From: an uncultured Clostridia bacterium
Lineage (GTDB): Bacteria; Bacillota; Clostridia; Christensenellales; CAG-138
Direction: 5' to 3'
DNA: 64,000 bases
NCBI GenBank assembly: GCA_934633695.1
Contig: CAKTYT010000002.1
Span: forward strand, 38,767 to 102,766
Shown: piece after piece, positions 55,872-64,000 of the stretch
How the letters are laid out: each line of letters opens with the position of its first letter
Numbering within the stretch: the stretch's first letter is position 1
The notes under the pieces: model-generated
What the model saw: the letters and a program-made list of their open reading frames with translations, nothing else
Told to the model about the DNA's origin: nothing
The model's database searches: none
Position numbers and translations under genes: made by a program

Positions 55872-57260
55872 TCACATTTTCATCATGTCATGTGCAATGC
55901 GTTTAAGCTTTTCCGGTTCATTGTCAGACGGAAACCTTGCACAGTGCATAAGCAGACGCTGTTTTATATCCCCGACGGACGGTCCGGGCGACAAATTAAG
56001 CCACCTCATTATATCTTCTCCGCTGCATTTCAGCATTGACATGGAAAATGGAACGTTCTCCGCTTCCATGCATTTCAGCAGTTTTCGCCAACGAACGGCA
56101 GACTTGACTTCTCCCGTGATCACGCCCGAACCATGCACATCCGCCTCACGAATTTCTGCGACGGCATAGCTGTTTTCAAGTCCCCATGCGACAAACCTCC
56201 GCCGCAGCGTGCTATCCTTTGCTGTGTTGTTCAAATCGTACATGTGGTTCTTGACGAGAAATGCCACGGTCCTTATCGTTTCATTATCGTATCTAAGTCT
56301 CTGCAATATTTCCCGGGAAATACCTTCACCAATCCCGTCATGTCCGTGCATCTTTCCGTATTTTTCAAAAACAACGGGTTTCCCAACGTCATGAAGAAGC
56401 CCTGCCAGCCTAAAAGAAATCGTCGGATAAATCTCCGCCGACGTGTGCAGGCTGTGATAAAGCACATCGTACCTGTGATGAGTTGGTTTCTGTGCCATTC
56501 CCCCCCCCCTTGCAATTTCGGGGAGGATCACATCGATGGCACCGACACCGTCAAGCAGTTCAAGACCGTGAAATACCGTATTGGCGTCCCTCTCACCGTA
56601 TTTTATGTCGCAAAGGAGAATCTTATTTAGCTCATCGCGAATACGCTCGGGCGAGATTCCGTTGAGATTTGAAACAAGTGCTTTTGCCGTTTCGAAAGTA
56701 TTAGGTTCAACTTCAAAGCCAAGTTCCGCTGCAAACCGAACCATCCGCAAAATTCGCACACCGTCATCATGAAGGACGACAAATGGATCAGCAGACGTAG
56801 TCCTTATCAGCCGTTCCTCAAGATCACGCATGCCTCCGGTCGGGTCGCTGATCTCGCCGGTCAAAACATCAATGTACAATGCATTCACTGTAAAATCACG
56901 CCTGAATGCATCTTTTTCGACTGTATCGGAGAACTCTATTTTTTCCGGTCGATGCGTTCCGCCTTCAACATAGCTGTCACTCCTGAAAGTCGTATGTTCA
57001 AATGATGCTGAGCCGATATGCACCTCAATCATGCCGAAGTCAATCCCCTTCGGCACAGCGAGATACCCTCTCTGCTCGCAAATTTCAATTATTCGGTCGG
57101 GGCGTACTTTTGAAGTTATATCGATATCGTACACTGGCAAACCGAGTAAAGTGTTGCGGACAAGTCCTCCAACAGCATAAAGCGTTGCCCCCTCCTCTGC
57201 AATGACACTCGCAAATTCCATCAACTCCGCAGGCAAAGAAAAATCAACATTGGTTTTCAC
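55872..57260 (-). CDS. cca: CCA tRNA nucleotidyltransferase (class II, with HD domain)
   Basis: The head domain reads LYAVGGLVRNTLLGLPVYDIDITS. The HD motif is AGLLHDVGKP. Confidence 0.85.
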   Translation of the reverse strand: MKTNVDFSLPAELMEFASVIAEEGATLYAVGGLVRNTLLGLPVYDIDITSKVRPDRIIEICEQRGYLAVPKGIDFGMIEVHIGSASFEHTTFRSDSYVEGGTHRPEKIEFSDTVEKDAFRRDFTVNALYIDVLTGEISDPTGGMRDLEERLIRTTSADPFVVLHDDGVRILRMVRFAAELGFEVEPNTFETAKALVSNLNGISPERIRDELNKILLCDIKYGERDANTVFHGLELLDGVGAIDVILPEIARGGGMAQKPTHHRYDVLYHSLHTSAEIYPTISFRLAGLLHDVGKPVVFEKYGKMHGHDGIGEGISREILQRLRYDNETIRTVAFLVKNHMYDLNNTAKDSTLRRRFVAWGLENSYAVAEIREADVHGSGVITGEVKSAVRWRKLLKCMEAENVPFSMSMLKCSGEDIMRWLNLSPGPSVGDIKQRLLMHCARFPSDNEPEKLKRIAHDMMKM

Positions 57261-57452
57261 ACTAACTCCCCCATTTCCCTTTTCCGTTATTATACCCTAA
57301 ACCTATGTTTGCTTCAACTTATGAAAAGCAGGAAGCAGCAGTATTTATATTGACCCGTGACAGTTTTCCTTCCGTGCTTGATTTTTTTCACAGAAATGAG
57401 TAAAATTATCTGGTGGAGCAAATGCTCACCTGAAACCTAACGGAGGAATACA

Positions 57453-58613
57453 ATGAAGATAACAGATGATATTAAATACATTGGTGTAAACGACTATCAA
57501 ACAGACCTATTTGAAGGTCAGTACGAAGTACCTAACGGTATGAGCTATAATTCCTATGTGATCCTCGATGACAAAATTACCGTTATGGATACGGTTGACA
57601 AAGATTTCGGGGAAGAATGGATCTCAAACCTCAGCAGCGTACTCGATGAACGCAAACCCGATTATCTCGTTGTTCAGCATATGGAGCCTGACCATTCCGC
57701 AAACATTGCTCTCTTTGTGAAGGTTTATCCTGATGCGGTTATCGTTTCGTCCGCAAAGGCATTCACCATGATGCAGCAGTTTTTCGGCACTGACTTTGCA
57801 GACAGAAGAATAGTCGTTGCGGAGGGCGACAAGCTGGAACTCGGAAAACACACTCTCAATTTCGTTGCCGCACCGATGGTCCATTGGCCCGAGGTCATAG
57901 TCACTTACGACAGCACTGATAAGATTCTTTTTTCAGCGGATGGTTTCGGTAAGTTCGGAGCTATCGGCACCGACGAACCATGGGACGACGAAGCGAGAAG
58001 GTATTATATCGGCATCGTCGGCAAATATGGAGTTCAGGTCCAGGCACTGCTGAAAAAAGCATCGGGACTCGATATCAAAATCATTTGCCCTCTCCACGGT
58101 CCGGTACTGACGGAGGATCTGGGGCATTACATCAAGCTCTATGATACATGGTCTTCCTACAAACCGGAAGCTGACGGCGTTGTCATTGCTTACGCGTCAG
58201 TCTACGGAAACACACGCAGTGCAGCAACGCTTCTCGCCGAAAAACTGGCCGAAAGCGGTGAACAAAACATTATTCTTGCGGATCTTGCACGCTGTGATAT
58301 GCACAAGGTCGTTGCCGATGCTTTCCGTTATGATAGACTCGTGCTCGCATCCATAACGTACAACGCAGGTATCTTTCCTGTAATGCAGGACTTCATTTTA
58401 CGTCTGACTGAGAGAAATTTCCGCAGCCGCACTGTTGCCTTGATTGAAAACGGTTCGTGGGCACCTACGGCGGCAAAGACCATGAAAAAGCTGTTTGAAA
58501 CAAGCAAGGATATTACCTTTGCCGAAACCACGGTTACGATCAAATCAGCACCAAACAATGAAAGTTCTTTGCAAATCGATAAACTTGCAAAGGAGCTTTG
58601 CGAAAAACATTGA
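57453..58613 (+). CDS. FprA-type flavodiiron protein (metallo-beta-lactamase fold + flavodoxin)
   Basis: The diiron motif is VVQHMEPDHSAN. The C-terminal domain is flavodoxin-like (VIAYASVYGNT). GGAGG serves as the RBS. Confidence 0.88.
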   Translation: MKITDDIKYIGVNDYQTDLFEGQYEVPNGMSYNSYVILDDKITVMDTVDKDFGEEWISNLSSVLDERKPDYLVVQHMEPDHSANIALFVKVYPDAVIVSSAKAFTMMQQFFGTDFADRRIVVAEGDKLELGKHTLNFVAAPMVHWPEVIVTYDSTDKILFSADGFGKFGAIGTDEPWDDEARRYYIGIVGKYGVQVQALLKKASGLDIKIICPLHGPVLTEDLGHYIKLYDTWSSYKPEADGVVIAYASVYGNTRSAATLLAEKLAESGEQNIILADLARCDMHKVVADAFRYDRLVLASITYNAGIFPVMQDFILRLTERNFRSRTVALIENGSWAPTAAKTMKKLFETSKDITFAETTVTIKSAPNNESSLQIDKLAKELCEKH

Positions 58614-58659
58614 CTGTGGTTTTGCGGCTCTGATGAGTGAAAATAATTTGATGTCCCAT

Positions 58660-58686
58660 GGGGGTGGTTCCAAACACCCCCTTTTG
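58660..58686 (+). terminator. Rho-independent terminator after the flavodiiron gene
   Basis: The stem GGGGGTG/CACCCCC (58660-58666 with 58675-58681) is followed by TTTT. Confidence 0.75.
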
Positions 58687-58764
58687 GGGTGTATGATAAA
58701 TCGATGTGCACTGTGAAACACGCATTGCCCGTCCGATTTTCTCTATTCGATCAAAGTACAAGTG

Positions 58765-59574
58765 TTATGCTGATTGCCCTTCGATCAACCTTGCATAGTT
58801 TTCTACCGCTTCCGCAAATTCCTCCATTGGAAGAAAGTCGCACAAGCATACAGCCGAATCCTTATCCATACGGAGAACTTGCAAAAACATACTCTGTATC
58901 TGCGTGAACTTGTCGGCCAGCTCTTTCCGTCCAATCAAACGGAGCATTGTGATGCCGTCCAGCAGCAGCGGTCGGAATAGAACATTCATTTTTCCTCTGA
59001 GCGTTTCAATGCTGCATTTTTGGGCACCAATTGCTTTAATCTCCGAATAATTCCTTCGCAAAACATATATCGAGGACTTCAGCTTCTCCTTAAAATTTAC
59101 CGATTTCGGTTCAATTTTGTTCAAAACTGCTGCAACAGCGGGCTTTGCGATGCGTTCTGAAAGCTCAGCTTCCGTGAATGCAGCATATTCCGGGACATTT
59201 GTATTCTGCCACTTATTGTTTATGAAAACAAATTTTTCATCCTCAAATCGTACAAATACAAATGCATGCTTGTCATTGTCACTCGTCCGGAGCCCCAGCA
59301 TTGCCGTCCCGTAGGACAACAAACAGGAGGCAATGGTTTCAGCAGTCACCTCCTCTTCATGCAGCTCAAAACCGATTGGATTAAGGTAAAGATTAAACCA
59401 TTCCGCACTTTGCAGCATCGGACCCCCTAAAAAAACACCTTTTTCATATGCAAACATGTAGGGAAGCTTCATGCCCAATGCAATTGTGCGGTCATCGGTG
59501 TCAAAGCCATACTGTTCAAGCATATTTGCTACACCTGCAAAAGCACAGGATGAATTGAATGACATATATTTCAT
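58765..59574 (-). CDS. Hypothetical protein, possible C39/BtrH-like papain fold
   Basis: The N-terminal NSSCAFAGVANMLEQYGFD resembles the C39-type Cys motif, and a later KHAFVFV is a candidate His. The assignment is tentative. Confidence 0.5.
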   Translation of the reverse strand: MKYMSFNSSCAFAGVANMLEQYGFDTDDRTIALGMKLPYMFAYEKGVFLGGPMLQSAEWFNLYLNPIGFELHEEEVTAETIASCLLSYGTAMLGLRTSDNDKHAFVFVRFEDEKFVFINNKWQNTNVPEYAAFTEAELSERIAKPAVAAVLNKIEPKSVNFKEKLKSSIYVLRRNYSEIKAIGAQKCSIETLRGKMNVLFRPLLLDGITMLRLIGRKELADKFTQIQSMFLQVLRMDKDSAVCLCDFLPMEEFAEAVENYARLIEGQSA

Positions 59575-59610
59575 ATAACGTCTCTTCTCAGTTTAATTAT
59601 AAATTCGAGG

Positions 59611-60618
59611 TCATGCTCCAATAAGACTTTGTTCAAACGCAAACAGAGCCTCATTAATTTCAAAGACATTGTAATTTCCATGTTCAACAAAATATTCAAC
59701 AATTATGTCGAACTTATTTGAGTGTGAGAGGGCGAACCCTGCCTTCATCAGCATCTCCTTCATTTCCGGAAGCGACAGCCTGAGAGCAAGTGCAAATGCA
59801 ATAACCGTGGGCTTGGATGGTCTGTAATTCACATCCGAACGTATTTTTGAAAAGAGTTTTCTGTCAATATTGGCTTTTTTATAGCATTGGGCATCAGTCA
59901 TCCCCGATTCGTCGATTTTTCTCAAAAGCATTTGCGAAAAGCTTTCATCAATCATGCTTAACGCTTCGGAAAGCGATCTTACACTTTCATCGGCAGCAGA
60001 AGCTTGCCTTATAGAACTCGGCATTATGCAGCAATCTGCTTCACTGTTCTTCAGCCGCATCAGCCTCCGAGGTCTTGAATCAGTGTGTTCATCAACGTAT
60101 TTGTCGTCAATGTACCCTGCAATATCATTGAATAGTTTGCGGCCAATTTGAAATGAATTGCGGTCAAAAATCACTATGTACACCGAGATGTCGTTTTCCA
60201 TAACAAACTCGGTGATGCATTGAACGGCAATCTGCAACGCTTTATCCCTCGGATAACCGAAAATTCCCGACGAAATCAGGGGAAAGGCCACTGATTCGCA
60301 GCCATTGGCCTTCGCAAGAGCGAGAGAGCTTCTGTAGCATGAAACGAGCTTCTCTTTTTCGCCCGCATTTCCCCCATGCCAAACCGGACCAACGGTATGG
60401 ATAACGTACTTACATGGCAAGTTATAGCCCCGTGTCAACTTTGCTTCTCCCGTCTCACAACCGCCCAGAGCGGCACACTCCGCCAATAGCTCCGGTCCTG
60501 CCGCACGGTGAATGCAGCCATCGACGCCGCCCCCGCCGAGCAGCGTCCTGTTTGCGGCATTTACAATTGCGTCAACATTTATTTTTGTAATATCATTTCG
60601 AACAATTTGCAGCGGCAT
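59611..60618 (-). CDS. Macro domain (MacroD/YmdB-type) protein fused to a C-terminal helix-turn-helix-like domain
   Basis: The N-terminal motifs are [23 protein letters not shown] and [12 protein letters not shown]. The C-terminal ~170 aa include [23 protein letters not shown]. Confidence 0.85.
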   Translation of the reverse strand: MPLQIVRNDITKINVDAIVNAANRTLLGGGGVDGCIHRAAGPELLAECAALGGCETGEAKLTRGYNLPCKYVIHTVGPVWHGGNAGEKEKLVSCYRSSLALAKANGCESVAFPLISSGIFGYPRDKALQIAVQCITEFVMENDISVYIVIFDRNSFQIGRKLFNDIAGYIDDKYVDEHTDSRPRRLMRLKNSEADCCIMPSSIRQASAADESVRSLSEALSMIDESFSQMLLRKIDESGMTDAQCYKKANIDRKLFSKIRSDVNYRPSKPTVIAFALALRLSLPEMKEMLMKAGFALSHSNKFDIIVEYFVEHGNYNVFEINEALFAFEQSLIGA

Positions 60619-60767
60619 TGCTTATTCATCCTTTCACTTAACCATTTTCACTAAATATTCACTTCACCTGTATAATAACATCTGTCTTCAACTGAGTCAA
60701 CGTCAGCATGGACCATGACCATGCAAAGCATCTCTCAACGTAATCTTAAGCATTGAATGTTTCTGGT

Positions 60768-60810
60768 AAAAAGGGACTGCTGCGAATGGGAAAACATTGC
60801 ATCAGTCCTT
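60768..60810 (-). terminator. Probable terminator after the fused ABC gene
   Basis: A GGACTG/CAGTCC-based stem is followed by TTTTT on the minus strand. Confidence 0.6.
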
Positions 60811-60844
60811 TCAGCGGAACATAAATCCGTGTTAAAGCAGGTTT

Positions 60845-63295
60845 TTATAAGTCATACTTTGAGGCAAGCTGTGCAGGCGGAATGCGGAGAAGCCTGCCAA
60901 TGGGGAGAAGGCTTGTTAAAATGTTCACAACGAACAGCAGGACCACCGTTATAATAACTGCGGGCCAGGTTACGACAAAATCAACGCCAAGCGATTCAAT
61001 TCCGGACAGCATATGGAGAATCCCTGCCGTAGCGAGGGCTCCTATGAGCGTTGTGAACAGTGACAGCAGAACCGATTGAATAGCAAACATCGTCCGTATA
61101 TTGGAACGCTTGATTCCAAGCAGTCTGTAAACGGCCACTTCCCGGAGCTTTTGAATTGCATTTGCACGCATTGCAACATAGAGAACTGCAAACGAGATTA
61201 TCGTTATCATTACCGTAACAAGAACTCTTGCATTCAACTTCAAGCTGCGAGCTTCCATGTAAGCATCCATATTGACAGTATATTTGTCAATAATCTTAAC
61301 TTGCAGGTTCTTTTTTACATCCTCGGAAAGCTTTTTCGTCAGGAATTCCTTTACAGCAGACTTATTGTTTGTGAAGATGGTGAATCCAAGACCCGATTCC
61401 ACCTGACTGTCCCTGATTAGTTCGACGGTGACATCGTTGACAACTGCCTTTGCCGGAATGTCCTCGGTGAATATTCCGGTAACATCGAGATTGAAACCGG
61501 AATTTGAATAGTATTTTGCACCCGGATTCTGCCCTGTCTTACTATTAAACAATGCTTCACCGTCCAATAATTCAATACCATCGTATTTGCCCGGGAAGGC
61601 CTTTTTGAAGCTGTCCAGCGTCATGATGTCAAGACCTGAACGGCATATGCCAAGACCGGTTACATCGTTAAGGTAGATGGAAGGCTGCTTTGAATCGCAG
61701 ATTCCGACTATGTTGAAGCTATCCATTTCCTGACCTATGCTCAGCTGTTTACCGAGAAAATCCCTAATATCTGTTACTGCCCTTGCAACAGGGTTTTTCT
61801 GCTCCATAAACGATTCAAGCACCCATTTATCAACGACCACATCGTGCGTTCCTTCCGGAAGTTTGCCCATGACAAGCGTATTCGTATCGAGAAGGCTCAA
61901 TGGAACATATGAGAAATTTGACAGCACTGCCGAAACCTCTTTTACCTGCTCAAATCCGTCAACCGAAAATTTTGTGACAGAGGTGTTTATCGGATAAAGC
62001 ATGTAGCCAATATTATTTTCATCGCAGTACTCAATCAGCTCTTCCTTTGCGAGCTTAACGTATTGTTTCGTATTGCTTGCCTCCATGAATGAACCCCTTT
62101 CAAACTCGACATCAAGGAGTCTTGAATCGGTGGTTATAAAGTCACTGTATTTTATTGAAGAAAGCGTTGTGAAATCAATAACAGCAAACATGCAGAGTAC
62201 CGCCGTAAGCAGCATTGCAATGATCGGAACAACGATCTTCCCCCCCATGGAGCTTATTCCGTTCACAGCCATTCGAACCAACTGACGGAATTTAAGCCTG
62301 TTTGTCTTATTGTTTTCAAGCTTGCGAAGTGCAAACTCTTCCTTACCTACATCTTCCATGCTGTAAACCGGACGTTTGCCTTCACAAATTTTGACAGAAG
62401 AATTATCATCAATGCGTTCTATGCGGAGCTGTTTCGGAGCAACGATATAGAGATTGCCGTTTTCCCTTACCAGCGTTATCTCGATCTTTGAGGCATCGTT
62501 AGAATAATAATTAATGTCGATCCCGCCTTCATCAACGGTACTGCCGGTCAATTTGCAGCCCGCATACTCATCAAGATAAATATCATGGTCATCGAGCATC
62601 ACAAGCTCCTGTTGGGCTCCTGCTCCGCGGTCATCGACAATTCGACCGTCAGAAATTGTGATTATCCGGTCAGCATAGAATTCCGCTATGCGTTTTTCGT
62701 GTGTTGCAAGCAGGACAAGACAGCTCTTTGAGAGCTTTTTCAGGATATTCATTACCCTGACAGTGTTCGCTTCATCAAGGTTGCCTGTCGGTTCATCCGC
62801 AAAAACAACTTCCGGAGACTTTATTAACGCCCTCGCAATTGCAACACGCTGCTGCTGTCCGCCCGAAAGCATGGAGACGTTGCGTTTCTTGTAGCGTTTC
62901 ATGTCCACTGCTTCAAGAACATAGTCAATGCGGCTCTCCTTTTCCTCATCTGTCAGTTCGTAGCTGCCGAGGGCAAGGCTGAGGTTCTCGTAGACCGTCT
63001 GTTCCCTTATCAGAAAATAGTTTTGGAAAACATATGCGAATTTGCTGTTTCTGAGCTTTTCTGCGGCATTATTTATCCTGCCTGAATATTTCTTGCCGTC
63101 GATTTCAATGTTTCCCGATGCAAACGAATCAAGCCTTCCGATGCAGTTGAGCAGCGTCGTTTTGCCCGAACCGCTCTCGCCGAGCAGACACACTATGCCC
63201 GTTGCCGGAAGGGTGACACTGGTATCGTTGATAACATGATTTTCATGCTTCGTGTTTCTGTTGTAGTATTTATTTATGCTGTTGAGCTTTATCAT
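60845..63295 (-). CDS. Fused ABC ATPase + FtsX-family permease (MacB-like)
   Basis: Walker A is GESGSGKTT, the signature is [15 protein letters not shown] and Walker B is [12 protein letters not shown]. The C-terminal part has a large extracytoplasmic segment and FtsX-type TM helices. Confidence 0.88.
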   Translation of the reverse strand: MIKLNSINKYYNRNTKHENHVINDTSVTLPATGIVCLLGESGSGKTTLLNCIGRLDSFASGNIEIDGKKYSGRINNAAEKLRNSKFAYVFQNYFLIREQTVYENLSLALGSYELTDEEKESRIDYVLEAVDMKRYKKRNVSMLSGGQQQRVAIARALIKSPEVVFADEPTGNLDEANTVRVMNILKKLSKSCLVLLATHEKRIAEFYADRIITISDGRIVDDRGAGAQQELVMLDDHDIYLDEYAGCKLTGSTVDEGGIDINYYSNDASKIEITLVRENGNLYIVAPKQLRIERIDDNSSVKICEGKRPVYSMEDVGKEEFALRKLENNKTNRLKFRQLVRMAVNGISSMGGKIVVPIIAMLLTAVLCMFAVIDFTTLSSIKYSDFITTDSRLLDVEFERGSFMEASNTKQYVKLAKEELIEYCDENNIGYMLYPINTSVTKFSVDGFEQVKEVSAVLSNFSYVPLSLLDTNTLVMGKLPEGTHDVVVDKWVLESFMEQKNPVARAVTDIRDFLGKQLSIGQEMDSFNIVGICDSKQPSIYLNDVTGLGICRSGLDIMTLDSFKKAFPGKYDGIELLDGEALFNSKTGQNPGAKYYSNSGFNLDVTGIFTEDIPAKAVVNDVTVELIRDSQVESGLGFTIFTNNKSAVKEFLTKKLSEDVKKNLQVKIIDKYTVNMDAYMEARSLKLNARVLVTVMITIISFAVLYVAMRANAIQKLREVAVYRLLGIKRSNIRTMFAIQSVLLSLFTTLIGALATAGILHMLSGIESLGVDFVVTWPAVIITVVLLFVVNILTSLLPIGRLLRIPPAQLASKYDL

Positions 63296-63309
63296 TTAGC
63301 TTCTCCCCT

Positions 63310-64000
63310 CTATTTACCATCGTTTACCGTAATACGTTTGCCGTCAAACTGTTTTTCAAGATAGCGGTTGAACCATGCTGCGATCAGCCCGCTTGAAATA
63401 AGAGCGAATACTGCAACAATCACAAGATGATACCATCGGTAGTACTTTGTGAACGCAGTGACCATCGGAACCTTACAGAGCCACAATGTGCCCATGACCA
63501 AAGTTGACAGTACCATTGCAATAATACAGAACAACAGCATTTCCATGTAGTTCAGTCGTCTTACAACATCACCCGTAAGACCGAGAGACTTCAGAATTGC
63601 ATAATCCTTGCGTTTCAGCTTGAGTAAATTATACATTATGATAACTTCAAGCACGAACACACCTGCAAACGCAATCAGTGAAACGATCAATGCGACCAGT
63701 CTTTCTTTAACCTTCTGCTTATCAAAATTTGCCGATCCTATGCGATAGGGACTTATTGCAGAGTATTCACCACTCGCATTTATCGCACCGATAACATCGA
63801 CCGCATATGCATAATCCTCAACGTAAACAGAGGCTTGCAGCGATTGATTTACGCCCAGTGCGGCAAAATATTTTTCAAATGATGCTTCATCGACAAGAAA
63901 TACCTGTCCTCCCCACTTATTAAATTGCTGAAGCACAGAGTAATATGTTCCGCAATCGTCATATTCGGGCGGTACAATGATTTTGTTGCCTCCTCTGGAC
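63310..64000 (-). CDS. FtsX-family permease, C-terminal part (5' end beyond window)
   Basis: The frame stays open upstream of the ORF-track Met to the window edge. FtsX-type TM helices are present (LKLKRKDYAILKSLGLTG). Confidence 0.7.
   Translation of the reverse strand, partial: SRGGNKIIVPPEYDDCGTYYSVLQQFNKWGGQVFLVDEASFEKYFAALGVNQSLQASVYVEDYAYAVDVIGAINASGEYSAISPYRIGSANFDKQKVKERLVALIVSLIAFAGVFVLEVIIMYNLLKLKRKDYAILKSLGLTGDVVRRLNYMEMLLFCIIAMVLSTLVMGTLWLCKVPMVTAFTKYYRWYHLVIVAVFALISSGLIAAWFNRYLEKQFDGKRITVNDGK

Noticed and set aside
59611-60618. DarT-DarG toxin-antitoxin system
   Set aside because: The macro domain is MacroD/YmdB-like. Neither neighbour resembles a DarT (DUF4433) ADP-ribosyltransferase. 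The downstream gene looks papain-like instead.

Overview
This is a chromosomal window from a Gram-positive anaerobe. It is most likely a Ruminococcus/Oscillospiraceae-type Clostridium, based on dockerin- and cohesin-bearing surface proteins, SpoIID, RNase Y and AGGAGG-type RBSs. Most of it is ordinary, well-supported housekeeping: rpsO, rny, recA, pgsA, rimO, ftsK, murF, ddl, argF, cca and secG-smpB-tmRNA. It also holds a cobamide nucleotide-loop cluster (cobT-cobU-cobS-cobC plus a CbiR-like TIM-barrel gene), two ABC-2 exporters with a TetR regulator, and two MATE pumps, one of them frameshifted. A cellulosome-like locus encodes an S8 protease-dockerin, a Big_2/propeller-dockerin protein and an anchored cohesin. 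The stand-out unexplained element is a ~1-kb array of eleven ~90-nt mosaic tandem repeats at 52942-53938, downstream of tmRNA. It is neither coding nor CRISPR, and I cannot assign it to any known family. Other notable points: (1) a secreted protein with regular H-x3-C-x2/4-C-x7-H repeats whose only interruption is a TGA exactly on a conserved Cys position; (2) a decayed second copy of the argF 3' end plus terminator, which with the intact copy brackets a ~3-kb two-gene segment; (3) a GNAT gene broken by a 5-bp tandem duplication; (4) an ABC ATPase relic fused to the end of cobC; (5) two ATGA-chained 4-codon mini-ORFs in front of a MATE pump; (6) a coiled-coil/alpha-beta-hydrolase fusion. All calls come from reading the sequence and the ORF track by eye; no database search was run.
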